Below, one piece after another: positions 13,684 to 27,589 of a DNA stretch of 64,000 nucleotides. The DNA lies in the NCBI RefSeq assembly GCF_009914755.1, contig NC_060935.1. One strand, 5' to 3'. Every line of letters begins with the position of its first letter. The stretch's first letter is position 1. Under the pieces are notes generated by a model that saw only the letters and a program-made list of their open reading frames with translations, was not told where the DNA came from and did no database searches. The stretch comes from the human T2T-CHM13v2.0 reference genome, Homo sapiens. The position numbers were made by a program, and so were the translations under genes.

Positions 13684-14359
13684 CTTGGCAAGATGCTCAC
13701 CTTACCTAAGCCTCAGATTCCTCATCTATAAAATAGGCCCTTTAGCTAATACCTGTCCCATTTTTATTACAAGATGATTGTGATGATAGAAACGGCATAA
13801 TGAAGGAGGAAGCATTTCTCCAAACAGCCCAGGATTCGCAAATGTCCATTATTTGTACTGTTGGCATTGAGCAGTCCACCACTAATGTCATGCCATGAGC
13901 CCCTCATCCAGCTCCCTTGTGCTTTGAGCCCTGAGTGTGAGTCAGGACAGAGGCTACAGCAGGGATGGGCATCAGAGTTAGCTATCTCCTCCTACTTTCT
14001 TCTGGAGAAAAGATTCAAGTACTTTACCTACATCCTCATGCTCCCATTTCCCCATCCATACACAATGCACATCCATACAGAGATTTCCTAACTCCCCTGA
14101 ATGAACCCAAGGCAGGTGCCAGATTGGTCCTGTTGAAGCCATTATACCCTAGTCTGGGATAAAGCAGGCACCCCTCAATCATCTTTACACTAAAGAAGCC
14201 ACGGGGAGCTGCCACCCCATGTTTGATTCTTTCATTGCAAAAGTCAAGAGGGAGGCAAATCATCAAGTACACATGTCCTCATGGCAGGAAGTAGAAGTTG
14301 AGAGTGGACACAGGTGACTGAAAAGAGACTAGCACTGCTCACAAAGGCACCCATGCAAA

Positions 14360-15135
14360 GGAATGTGCATATGCACCTGTGTGCATATGTATATGTGTAC
14401 ATGTTTCAGATGTGTCAGTATGTCTGTATTTGAAAGGTACGTGTAGATATTTGTGAAAATCTATTTGAGATGTCCAAACACATGGGTTTGAGTGTGCATG
14501 TTTATGAGGTGTGCACATGTGTTTGTGTGTGCTTGAGGACTGTCTGTTTGTGTCTATGTAGATGTGTCTGAGATGATCACACACGTGTGTGTCTGAGAGG
14601 TGCATGTGTGTATAACTGCATGAGTGTGTTTGAGATGCGTGCATATACTTATGTGTGTCTGAGGGGTGCACGTGCATGTACCTATGTGGATGTGTGTAAA
14701 GTGTATGCACTCATATGCCTGAGGAATGCCTGCACATATACTTATGCAGATGTGTTTGTGGTACAAGCATACACGTGTGTTTGAGGGGTGCATGTTCATG
14801 TATATATGTGGATGTGTTACAGGTGCATGCATTTGTGTGTGTTTCAGGGGTGCCTCTGTGTACCTATATGGCTGTGTCTGAGGGATGTGTGTGTGTGTAC
14901 TCTGTGGATGTGTCTGAGGGGTGTGTGTGTGTGTGAACTCCGTGGATGTGTCTGAGGGGTGTGTGTGCACTCTGTGGATGTGTCTGAGGGGTGCATGTGT
15001 GTGTGTACCTATGTGGATGTGTCTGAGGGGTGTATGTGTGTGTACTCTGTTAATGTGTCTGAGGGGTGCATGTGTGTGTACTCTGTGGGTGTGTTTGAGG
15101 TTCTCTCACTGTGTGTTTGTGCATATGAGTGTTGT
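14360..15135. repeat. TG-rich minisatellite / low-complexity array (~32-39 bp unit)
   Basis: Recurrent gtggatgtgtctgaggggtg(c/t)atgtgtgtgtactct; best conserved at 14860-15100. Confidence 0.9.
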
Positions 15136-16119
15136 GTCTTGGACAGGAGGTGACAGGGGAGAAAAGGTTAAGGGCCACCTTTCTGTAAGACCTTCAAGTC
15201 TCACTCCTAGAGGAGGAGTAACTAGAACCTCAGGGAATATCATCACTGTTAGGAATATTCTGGTCCCCCTTCCTAAATCTTTTTCCTGGAAATTTTAGAA
15301 TAGGAACTTCTTCCCTCCACTCCCTGAAAAAGGCAGAACCATTTGCTTATTCATCTGCTCTTTCATGCATTCACTAAACATTTGTTCTGCTCCTACCTGT
15401 ACCAGACCCTGAGCTAGGCTCTGGGCTCCAGCACCCTGGGCCCCTCAGCCCATCCAGCCTCTCCTTTCCAGCCCTGGTTGAGTGAAAAGTGTGCGAGAGA
15501 ATTTTCTTAGAAACAAAGAAGGCTGGGAGGCCAGGTTAGTGGAAGAGTGGGGTAGGGAGGAGGTCTACAGCCCCTCCTGGGCAGCGAGGGGAACAGAGCT
15601 GAGCAAGCTCTCAATTCTGAGCCCTGCAGGAGGCCAAAGGAGAAGCAGCTCCCAGCATGGCGGGGCTGCCGGGTTAGTAACAAGCCCCTGACACAAGGGG
15701 TTTGCACAGGCGCACAAATGAAAGAAAATCGGAGGAGATGAAACCATACAAATCTCAGGTAATAGAAAGAGAGGAAAGAGATGTGCGTGTGGCCTGGGTC
15801 TCGGCTCAGAAAGGTCGATTCCAAGAAGAGGCTGCCCAACTTTATATTACTTTTCAGAAAGCCAGTGAGCTGAAAAATAACTCTCACCTTTTTTTTATAT
15901 TATTATTCGTTTTTTTTCAGAGCTGCTTCTTCACATTGTTTTGTGCATCTCAGCTGTTCATTTCTCCCTGGCCTGATTTTATTTGGAGATTTGGCCTGGA
16001 GCCTGGAGGGGAAGATGGCCCTTTATTTCAAATTCTCAGCAGCCTTTGCTGGATCTGCTGAATCTCAGGAGCTGGGGGTGGAGGGGAGAGGGCCAACCCC
16101 CTTCTCTCATTCACAAGAG

Positions 16120-16425
16120 TCTGTGTGTTGTTCATGGTGGACATAGGTATGCATGAATGTGGGCATGTTTGAGTGGGCCTGAGTTTCCTGATAAGGCATG
16201 CACATGTGTCTGCACATAAGTGTGAATGTGCCCACTGGATTTGCGAGTGTGAAGGGATCTGTAAGCATGCAAGTGTGTGTGAGTGAGGTACTCTTAAGTA
16301 GGCATATGTGTGTGTATGGAGGACTTGTGAACACACATGTGTGCGTGTGTGTGTGTGAGGTAACCATGAGAGTGTATGTGGTGGGGGGAGCATGCATGTG
16401 TGCATGTGCATGAGTGCATGTGTGG
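16120..16425. repeat. Degenerate TG-rich low-complexity tract
   Basis: Alternating tgtg/tgca/catg runs. Confidence 0.75.
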
Positions 16426-17234
16426 ACCCAGCCCCCCCACCAGGTGGGAGGGACCTAGTGTAGCTAGGTATTCTGTTTCACTTGAGTCTACAGTGGCAGT
16501 AACTGGCTCCCTCACCTTTTGCCAAGCTTGGCAAGGCGCAGATGTTGTTTGAACCAAGGAAAATGTCAGCCCCCAAGAGGAGCCCAGCTTTAACTAAGAG
16601 TGAGCCCCTAGGAAGCGTGGCAGTGTATTCTGGGTATTGTGCTTTGGATCCATTTGCATTTGCTCTTTCCAGTAACTAAGGGCTGGTGGGTGGTGTGAAG
16701 AAGGGGAGAACTTTTCCTAATTGCCCCCTGACCCTCCCAGCTTCCTGAGGCCCTGGTGAGTTGGCACCAAAGGATGCCATGGAGTAGCAAGAACAAGAGC
16801 CCTAATGAATCCCCACATCCGCACACCCCAAGGCAACCCAGAAGGATTCTTCTAGTAGCCTGAAGAGCCAGCTATTGGGTTTCAGGTGGGAGGCCTCACA
16901 ACAGAATCTGGGTGCTCCAGGTTAGTCACAGTCCCAGGGCAGACACATATGGAAAGTGCTCCTGGGGTTCAAGACTGAGTGTTTTATGGGGCAGGTGGCA
17001 GAATGTCTGAGCTTTGCTGGAGCCAGCAGAGGAGAGGATACAAGTGCCTTCCCTTCTTCGTTGCCAGCATGAGCCTTCTCCAAGCCCCAGACTTAGGGGC
17101 TCTATGTGATGCCCATCCCCTCCTGGGGGCGCCCAATGCTATGCAAGAGGACAGCACTTACAAAGGGCTCCTTGCAAGGGAACTGCGCCTCCAGGGCCCC
17201 ATCACCCCAGGGACTAGGACTCATTAGGACCACC

Positions 17235-17340
17235 CCACCATTTAAGCAGATGGGGAAACTTTGGCTCAGAGAAGCTAAGTTACTTACCTGGGGGCACACA
17301 GCCAGTAAGCAGAAGAGCCGAGTGCAAACTCTGCCTGAGT
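17235..17340 (-). mobile_element. MIR fragment
   Basis: ccatttaagcagatggggaaactttggctcagagaagctaagttacttacc. Confidence 0.75.
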
Positions 17341-18449
17341 CTGTCTCATCAGAGGCAACCGATATGCAGGGCTCCCTCCTAGACCAGGCAAGCTGGGAGG
17401 AGACAGGGCTCAGGGAGAGTAAAAAGGAGAAATGCTTTAAGCTTGGATTTTACCAGGTCACAAGCAGACCTGGGCCCAGCCCCAGGGAAGCCCAGTGGCT
17501 GGTGAAACAGGACCTTCAGCAGGACTGAAGTCACGGGCGTCTCAGGCGCAGGAGGCCCACCAAGGTGCTTTCCAGTCTAATACTCAGTTGCTGTCATCAA
17601 TCTATATCCGCTGAGTGCTGAGGGAGGCAGTGGGGTGTAATGAAAAGATTCTGTGTGACCATGTTCAAGTCACTTAAACTCTCAGCATCTGCAAAATGAT
17701 GATGCAGATGGCAGCCTCATTCACAGGGTTGGGGTGAAGTTGGAATTTGCTGATAGGTGTGGAAATACCTTATGAGTTTCCAGGCACATGGCAGACTGGG
17801 TATATTTCTCTTCTGCTTCAGTGGGCCAGGGTAGCCCATGGGTGAGCTTCACTAGTGATCCCCCCTCTGCTCAGCCCCTGCAAACAACTCACCAACATCA
17901 TCACCATCAGAAGCTGGTGGGGAGGGGGTGGGAGCCATGGAGGTCAACTCAGTCAAGGCAATGCCCTGCTGTGGGCAGTCCCTGGTCCTTGCACTCGCTT
18001 TGCTGATTCTATTGTGTTACCAGCCAGGAAACCTCTCTCCCTATCCTCTCTGTTCAGGACCAGAAGCAACCGACGGCCACATCACAAAGGTTCCAGTTTG
18101 CCCTCCAGAAGGTCTCAGAGAGAGGATGGCCTAGGGAGCCTGCCTTTCCCTTAGCACCCTGGACCTCTACGCACCAAATGTGACTCTTCCATTTGGCAGA
18201 AATCCCCTAATCATAACTGACATTTTCAAGCTCATTATCATTGAAAAGCATCTTTGCAGCATCTCAAGATATTCAGGATATGGGTTTGGGCTGCAAAGAA
18301 CTTGGGTTCATTGGGTGGTGTTGGCCTGTTCCCTGCTATGTAAACTGACTGCAGTGATTCCCAACCCAGAGGGATGTTGAAAGAATTAAATTAGGTAATA
18401 GATGAATTCATGTGACCCAGCAGCCTAATTAGTCTAAAATGAACATGAT

Positions 18450-18765
18450 AGCACTAGCTGTGTGACCTTGTGCAAATTACTTAAACCCTCTGTGTCTCCA
18501 TTTCCTTATCTGTAAAATGAGGCTAATAATAGTATCCACCTCATAGGGTTAAATGAGTATTAAATGAGGATTAACAGAGGATTACATCAGTTAATATTTA
18601 TAAGGCACTTAGACGAATACCTCCCACGTGGTGAGTGCTCAACTAATTATAATCATAATACTTACTAGAATTGTTGTTGCCATCACAACTACCCTTTGAA
18701 ATAAAGAGTATTGCTATTCCATTTCACAGATGAGGAAACTGAGGTTAGAGGGCTCAGTCCCTCGC
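18450..18765. mobile_element. Tail-to-tail MIR pair (+ then -)
   Basis: agctgtgtgaccttgtgcaaattacttaa...tctgtaaaatgagg...gctcaactaa, then ccatttcacagatgaggaaactgagg. Confidence 0.8.
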
Positions 18766-19129
18766 CCAGGACTTGCACTCTAGACTTTCTGGTGCCAGGT
18801 GAGGCTTCTTCACCCTCCCCTCCTCCAGTGGCTTCAGTGGCCTTTCCTCTATGGGAGACTGTCCAGGAGGACTCTGCCTCCCTCAGTGTTCCTCACAGCC
18901 CTGCCAAGACATCCTCCCGCTGCCACCTCCTGCTGAAGCCACCACCATCCAGATGGATGCCTGGGTCAGGCTTCCCCTCAGGAGGGAAGGGAGACAGGGA
19001 CATCTGCTTTCTCCCCGAGGCAGCAGCCGCAGCTGAAAGGGGCCACCAGGCTGGCTTGGAATGACTCCTGCGCCAGCCAGGGCTTTCCAAAACCCTCATA
19101 TCAATACTCGTCCTCTGGATCTCTGTCCT

Positions 19130-20340
19130 TTGGCGGATCAGAGGCTGGAGGGTCAGAGCTGACACTGCGGGCGTACACAGGTGTGTGTTGGGGTGGGGAA
19201 GGTGGAAAAGTGGGGGCTCCTCTTTCCAAATCACCCCCAGGCGCTCAGCTGCAACTGGAGCCCTCGGTGAGGGTCTGGATGACACAGCGCCTTCAAAGGC
19301 GTCTCCTGGGGGGGTGGGTTGGGGGGGTCCTTCCTCAGCCGCCCCCACGCACCCCCAACACACATACGGGCACGCGCGCACACACACACACACACCGCAC
19401 ACAGAGATGTACACAGAGGAAATGATCAAGCGCAAAGAATCCTCATGTGCTACTTTATATGGCAAATAATTGAACCGTACCCTTGTGGTCTCAGTGAGGA
19501 ATTTCATCCATATTCATGCCTCGCGTTTCCTGTGGAAACGAATACGCCAGACATTCCAGCACAACGCGGGAGCAAGAAATCTTAAGCGCTAATTCAGCGT
19601 CTCTCCATTCCCCATTCCCGGCTCCGGCTCCGGGGAGAGCAGATTTAGATAGTGTCTAACCAGGCGGGAGGCAGCGCGTTCACCACGGAGCCTTGTCCAT
19701 CCTTCTTTGTCCCTGCTCTCCCTTTCTCTGCCTTTGTCTCCTTTCTCCTTCCTTTACTCTCCCGCCGTCTTCTGCTGCTTCCCCTGCCTCTCTTCTCTCC
19801 CCCTACTACCCTATTGCCTCCCCTCCTGCCCCCTTCCTCGGTCCTCTCCCCGCAGCTTTCCCCCTGCCTGCACTCCCTCCTCCCTCCTCGGCCTCCCAGG
19901 CCTCCTCCTCCAGCTCCTGCAAAGTTCCGGTCGGAGCTTGGAGTTTCACTTTTCCTGGTCTGGGTTTGATGGGGAGGGGGTGCGGCCCGGGTGCTGGGAA
20001 GCCGGTTTGGCGAGTGCGTGTCCATGAATACCAAGCATGTTAATAGGTTAAAGTAAATCTAAAGTAACATTTGAAAGCAGAGAGATGAAAGCAGATCACA
20101 GGCCAAAGATCAAACAATCTAGAGCCACTTCTAAGCCTTTTACAGCTGGAGATTATTAGCATTTGAAAGTGAAGAGCATTAGAGGGAGAGAGGGAAAAAA
20201 AGTTGGAAAGAATTTTTGTTGTGGAGATAAAAACTGAAATAAATGACAGTGGAAAGGGAAAACTAGAAAGAGGCTGACTTATTTAAAAAACCACGTTAAG
20301 ACAGTGGAAGGGGGGGATACCTGTCATTATATTTTTAGCT
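19130..20340. promoter_or_regulatory. CpG-enriched, repeat-free candidate enhancer/promoter
   Basis: Roughly 40 CpGs by hand count in 19130-20020, far above the surrounding density; G-run cluster at 19308-19327; pyrimidine tract at 19690-19920; AT-rich unique flank. Confidence 0.55.
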
Positions 20341-21157
20341 CATCAACCAGCATTGGGCTCAGTGCTGAGTGAGGCTTGAGGCTGCCCCGCCTTCCTCTCT
20401 CCTCCTCCCTTCCTTGCCTTCTCTGGAGGAGGTGTCCAGTTCTGCCATACTCTCTCTTCCTTCCTCTGGGTGGGGAGTGTGGCAAGGTCGAGGGGACAGG
20501 CACTGGGGCTGAAACCAGGCCCTTCCTCTTTGCTGCCAGGCACCCCAGGACCTTCAGACCATCCCCTCTGGGAGCTGTCCAGACAATCTTTATAATCCTA
20601 GAGTATTTGAGTTGGTGCAACCAAGAGGTTATCCTACCTGTGAGGTTATCCACCTGTGATTCTTTTTCTGCAATCACAGGCATAATCCCCCTCCAAACCA
20701 CAACTGCAACCCCCAGATCCCACCCAGCCTACTTATTTTACAGAGGAGAAGACTGAGGGCCCCGCCTCCAGTGCAATAACATCGTTAAATAAGAGAGCAT
20801 ATAAAACCTCCCACCTGCCATACTTTTAATTTAGCTGGTATCTATTTCCTAAGACCTCATATGTGCTGGGCACTCTGCTAGGTGCTGGAACAACCATGCT
20901 GAACAAAACAGGCAGGGTCTCCATCTGTGGGACTCTTGCAGGCTACTGGGGGAAGCAGATGATAAATAAAGACTTCAGGTGAAACAATGGGAATGGATCC
21001 CAATCATTTATCACAGTTCCCTCCTGAAATTACACTAACATGAGATTCAAGCCACTAAAACCCCATCAGAAAAAAGGAATGGAAGAAATGACAACAGCAG
21101 AGGAAAAATGTCTTCCAATTTGGGGAAGACGAAAAGCAAATGCAAGAGTGACAACTT

Positions 21158-21475
<318 letters not shown>

Positions 21476-21899
21476 TTAACAGAATGAAGGATGTTTAAAT
21501 TGTCAGGCCTGCGGAGGGAGGGGTCTAAGAAAGATGATATGGCCCCTGTGAATCCCCAGGAAACCAGAGGGAGTCAGGGACACTGGCCATGGCAGAAGGT
21601 AGCCTGAGGCATTGGTTAGACCTCCAGGTTCCCTTATTCAGCCTATGCAGTCAGGCGAGAACCCTCCTCCTAACCTGGGTGGGTTGAGGGGCAGGGTGGG
21701 TGACTTAGCCTCTGAAGGAAATGAACAAAAGAGGACTGGAGGATGCCATGCCCATCGGCAGGTGGGAGTACAGTACCGGACATAACATAGGAAGATGAGG
21801 CTGAGTTCCACATCCTGGGCAGAGAGACCCTCAGCCCCCTTCCCCAGTTGTACTTTCGTAAAGGGGAGCAGCCAGGATATCACACAACTCCCATCCCTT

Positions 21900-22760
21900 A
21901 CCCCAGGCTAAGGCAAGAGAATTCTTCTCTGAAAAAATGGAATGACCTATGGAAGTAGACAACAGTACTGATTTGGGGGAGTCCTCCGAAGAAAAAGTCA
22001 GCTCCCTGTCCATTTACCTGACAATGCAGCTCACCAGTCATGGGATGCATTCATGCCCGTAGAGCTGCCAATCAGGTTGTTTTTTTTTTTTTTAAATGGC
22101 CCACACTCTGAAATATGGACAACTAAGGATCACCAGACGTTTTCAGAAAGCCTCTGCCCATAAGACCACACAAACAAATAGGGGGAGAAAAGGAACTTGG
22201 AAGAAACAGAAACAAGGTCAGAAGTAGAAGAAAACTTCAAAAACATATATCATAAATACCTTCAGAAAGATAAATGCAGACATTTCACCTGAAGGAAGAG
22301 CAGGAGAAAGAAAATAGACAGATAGATGATAGAAAGATAAAAATAGATTTACACTACCACATATAAAATCAAAGCACAAGAAATAACTCTTGGCTATTAA
22401 AAATGATTGCCAAAATTCAAAATTTAATAAAAGCTTTGAAAGATAAAGTAGAGGAAATTTCCCCAAAAGTGGAACAGAAAGAAAGAGAATGAGAGACAGA
22501 GAAAGACAGACAATACGAGAGAAAATGAGAACATTAAAGCATCAGTTCAAGAGGTCCAGCATTTGACCATTAAGAATTCTAGAAAGATTCAGAGAAAATG
22601 GAAGGGATAATTATTGAAGAAATAATAGAAGAAAATTTCCCTGAACTGAAAGATGTTGGTCTGCAGATTGAAAAGGTCACTAAAGGTCTAACACGTGATC
22701 ATGATGTCTCAGACGCCAGAGATGAGAGGCATCTAAAACCCCAGAAAGAGGCAGGGGCAG
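21900..22760 (+). mobile_element. Ancient L1M/HAL1-type 5' region and ORF1 remnant
   Basis: ORF 22598 translates EEIIEENFPELKD..LQIEK, the L1 ORF1p motif; A-rich sense strand; start boundary uncertain. Confidence 0.75.
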
Positions 22761-23189
22761 AGCCACTCTCAATAGATTGGAGGGCAGTTTCCCCGCAAAA
22801 AAAAAAAAAAAAAGTAAGTTACAGATTATTTGATGCACTTGCTCATGTGGCAAATAATATTGTTAGAGGTTTTCCAGTTTTCCAGTTCTGTTGAATCACA
22901 AAGAAAAAAGAATGAGACATGCATCAAAAAGAAAGCAAGTCAAAAACGAGGGAAGAGTATCAAGTAGTACAGGAAAGGAAGCATGATCATTGTATGACAC
23001 TGTCTCAGGAGTGAACAGCTTTCCTTATTGTTGTATAAGAGAATATTGACTTAATTTTTAAAAGTGTGACATCAGTACATTATGGGAAGAAAAGCAGAGC
23101 TATGAGCTAAGGCTCATGCCATAATAGGAAGTCAATAGATAAGGTCAAAAATTGTTTTGTCAAAAAATAGAGTCGAGAGAGAGAGAGAA

Positions 23190-23985
<796 letters not shown>

Positions 23986-24450
23986 AAAGCCGAAGTAAGT
24001 TGTTTCAATTAAGGGGTCTAAATACAAGAGAAACAGCCCAGAGTTAAAGGTGGCTGTCTCTGGTGGGCAGAAAGAGACATGATCAGGGCCTGATGGATTT
24101 CCCCAAGCAAAACCTCATGACGTTATTTGATTTTTAAGTTCTGTGTATATATTGATTTTTTAAAAATCTAATTCAAAAAAGAAAAGTGAACTTATTTATT
24201 GATATGTATATCAAAACATGAAACCTATTTACACAAAAGTATACAGTTCCATAATTTGGGAGGTGCTATGAAAAACAAGATCCAGGCATCACAGCAGTGA
24301 GAGGAATGCCAGGGGCTCCCCAGGACTGAGAGTTCTGGAAGGCAGCTCAGAGCTCCGTGGAGCAGAGGCAGTGCAGTTCCAAGCAAAAGGAAGAGCAATC
24401 ACAGAGGCCCAAGGTGGGAATTAAGAGAAGGCCCCTGTGTACTGGAGTCA

Positions 24451-24492
24451 GAGGAGGAGGAGGAGGAGGAGGAGGAGGAGGTGGAGGAGGAG
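24451..24492. repeat. (GGA)n microsatellite
   Basis: About 13 GGA units with one GGT interruption. Confidence 0.95.
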
Positions 24493-25859
24493 ATGAGTAA
24501 GAATGGGCCTCTACACCAAGGTGACCAGCAGGATTCAGGGCAGAGGAGGGCTCATCGGCCATTTGCTTAGTGTAATTGCTGCTCTTTAGTCTTCCACCAG
24601 TTTTGCTTTGTTTTTATAAAATCTGTGCTATGGAAACCCAGAAAAGGGGTTTCAGGCCCTCATCTGTGTGTTCAAATTACAAAGGTTGGAGAAAGGGCAG
24701 CAGGACCTGGCCTTGGCACCGGAAGCAGGGGGGCTCCTGCAGGGGGCTCCCTCTCTCTGCCCCACTATCACCTGCATCCCTCTCTCAGGTCTCCTCTTCT
24801 GCTAACCCTGGAGGTCCTGCCATTTGTTTTAACAAGGGCCACTGTTGCCTCTCACATTTCCACCCACCATGCAGGTTCGTCGCCTGAAGGGGAGTTGGGC
24901 ATAGAGTCCAGGAACATCTATCTCCTTGCCCTTGAACAACACTGAGGTGCTCATCTCCAGCAGTATTTTGCAGGGTCCCTGTCTTACCCTGGGTAGAAAG
25001 AAGTTGGAGGGGCAGATAGGGCATCCTAGCTCAGAGGGAAAGGGGAATTAGAAAAGAGAGGCATGGGAGGACAGGGAGAAACTGAGCCCAGTCATGCTGC
25101 AAGGCCAGAGTCTTCCAGTCAGGAAAGTAGACGGGACTGGGGCATCTGAGGCCTTCCTGGGGATGGGAAAGTGCTGGGGACCAAGGGTAGGGGGGCCATT
25201 TGCCTCTGGGGAAAAAGTCTGGAGGTACCAGCGCAGGCTGCGGGGGTGCTGAGAGAGCTTCCCAATGGAGATGCCGGGAGTCTGGGGAGCCTAATATGAG
25301 AGACAGCCATGCACCTCTGGCTGGCAGATGCCTGCCCCCGGTGACAGTGAATGGCACTGAGCAGGGACGCCCAGGGCTCTGGCACAGAGCCGGCAGCTGC
25401 CACTGCAGAGGTTTTTATGCTAATGCCACTTGTCAAGCCGTCAACGCTCAGGGCAGCTGGACCTGGCAGGGAAGCAGCTGGGTCCCCTGGGTTTTGCCTC
25501 TCCTGAGCCTCTCCCAGGTCCTCAGAGACGGCCAGCAGGAGCTCAGAGCAGACTCTCCAGCAGAGCTGGAGGGAGAGGAGGGGAGACACTGGGGGCAGCC
25601 GTGGGGGCTGCAAAGGGGAGAGGGGACCATTTGGCCTCCCCAGGGCTTCACTAGAGGAAGTTCCATCCTCCCCTAAAATTCCACCCATTCTAAAAGTGAG
25701 ACCTCAGCAGCCAGAATGGATGGTACAACTGCATTTTCCCTGTAGGAGAGGAACAGAGAATTCATTCTAGATCATTCAGTTGAGCCCCAGGGGCCCTGCC
25801 TGGGGTATCTGAGGGGAGGCCACACATTGCAGAGAGGAGAGCCCAGGGCAGGGGAGATA

Positions 25860-26120
25860 GAGATCTGAGTCCTAGTTCTGGTTCTGTCACTCTTACTGTG
25901 TGACCTTGGACAAGTAACTTTGCCTCTGCAGACTTCAGCTTCCTTCTCTGGAAAGCAACTGTGGATGGTGGTGATTCAGATGTATTCATTTATTAAGCAT
26001 CTATTCACTGAGTAATTCTCATGTGCCAGGAAGCCTGTTAAATGATGTAGAGACGAACTGACACAGTTCCTGATTTCAGACGGATCGCATTCTGGTAAGG
26101 AGAGGGGGACATTCTTCAGA
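25860..26120. mobile_element. MIR (+) followed by an L2 3' end (-)
   Basis: ctgtgtgaccttggacaagtaac; ttcatttattaagcatctattcactgag...atgtgccagg. Confidence 0.65.
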
Positions 26121-27462
26121 TCTAATGGTCCAGGACTTGGGTTCGAGCTATCTGGGAGGTCCCAGGTAAGGGTATGCTTCACGGGATGCGAGCCCAGCAT
26201 GGAGGTGATAGTATCTGCCCCAGTCAGCGGCGGTGGCCCCACCTGGGCGTGGGGTCTGCAGGATTCCTAAGAATGACTTTGAGAGCAGTGTGGCAGGCAG
26301 GATCTGTGGTGAAATCTGCTTTCCGGCCTGAGCATTGGTGGCCTGTGAAAGTGCTGCACTTAGGTTGGGAGACACATCATTAGTTCCCAGCTCTGTTCCT
26401 CAGGAGCCCAGAGACAGAGGCAGAGTCAAAGTAAGAGTAAGGACTCTTCCTGTGTCAGAGTTTTGGTTTTTCTCTTGGTAAGATGGATCCCATTCATCTT
26501 GAGAACTCGCTGCTTCTAAAGGGCCGAGCTCACTGCTGACTCTTTCTGGGGAATTGTCCTGCTGGGAGGTGCCGTGTCCTAAGGAGGGAGCCAGCCAGGG
26601 TGCCACGGCAGGTGCGACCCTCAAGAATGCCTGATGGCTGCAAGGGTACGCTTGCTCATTACCCACCCAGCTGCCCACCGGCACTCCCTGCAATGTGTGG
26701 GCAAGTTTCCTGTAATTGGCTTATGGATGGTTCGCTTGGTGTTGTGTCTGGCCATAAAATATACTCACTTAATAGTCTCCAGGGAACTGCGAGGCCTTCC
26801 AGGCTATAACTCCCAGGCCCCAGCCCTCCTGCCTGGCGTGACACCTTGTTTGGTGAATCTGATTTGATTTTGATCTTAAATCTGCCCTAAATGTCTCAGA
26901 GCAGTAGCCACTGGGAGGGGGTGGGAGTGAGGGAGGGAGAGAGGGTTGCTGAGAATTATGACCCAGTCCCATGAGGAAAAGACAACCGCTCAGCACCAGC
27001 CCCTTCTAAATCACACCTGAGGAGACTCCCCTGAATCCGGAGGGCATGCCGGGAGAGCAGAAGCATGGAGGCTCAGGCACCCCTCACTCTGCACAGGCCT
27101 CTCAGTAACTGCTATGACCTGGACATTCCTTCATCCCTGCCCAGCAGTTCTTTCCTTCCTTTGCAAGACCCTGAGAAGTGGTGCCCAGCAGCTACCGTAT
27201 TACAGGGGGTGGGACCCCCATGGCGATAAGGGCAAAAAGCACCAAGGTTATAGTCCTCCTGAGAGAGGATGAGAGTCACTCAGGTGTTCCTCTGTGACCC
27301 CACCTCTTTTTCTCTGAGGAAGGGGTAGGCAAAGAAAAATGGAGAAGCAGGATTGCTGCGGCTTCCTCTCCCAGTAGAGCAGGTCACACCAGCTGCTGGC
27401 CAGAGGTAAGGTCCCTAGTCACGTCTATGTGCAGAGTGCAGAATGTCTTCCTACTCCAGAGC

Positions 27463-27589
27463 TATGGACAACTAAGGATCACCAGACATTTCCAGAAAGC
27501 CTCTGCCAATAAGACATACAACCTAATAGGAGGAGAAAAGGAACTTGGAAAAAGCAGAGACAAGGTCAGAAGTAGAAGAAAACTTCAAA
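27463..27589 (+). repeat. 127-bp dispersed direct copy of 22114-22241
   Basis: Hand alignment gives about 10 substitutions and 1 indel over 128 bp. Confidence 0.95.

Noticed and set aside
14860-15100. Repeat-spacer appearance (CRISPR-like)
   Set aside because: The spacers are variable (TG)n rather than unique sequence; eukaryotic context with no cas genes
14339-15298. His/Thr- and Cys/Val-rich ORFs resembling metal-binding proteins
   Set aside because: Translations of the TG minisatellite; the same applies to ORFs at 16.0-16.5, 33.2-33.4 and 37.7-38.5 kb
19672-19692. Possible REST/RE1 site (caccacgga)
   Set aside because: Lacks both the TCAGCACC left half and the GACAG right half
18893-20043. 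Overlapping 100-200 aa ORFs in the CpG-rich region
   Set aside because: Stop-poor because of GC and pyrimidine bias; low complexity, open in many frames, no domain
20604-20712. Mariner MADE1-like end (gttggtgcaa)
   Set aside because: Only ~10 bp match and no convincing second TIR
22598-22894. ORF with L1 ORF1p similarity as a gene
   Set aside because: Only ~27 residues match before the similarity degenerates; a transposon fossil
25031-25688. Cluster of 100-190 aa ORFs on both strands
   Set aside because: G-rich composition, no recognisable protein or exon structure
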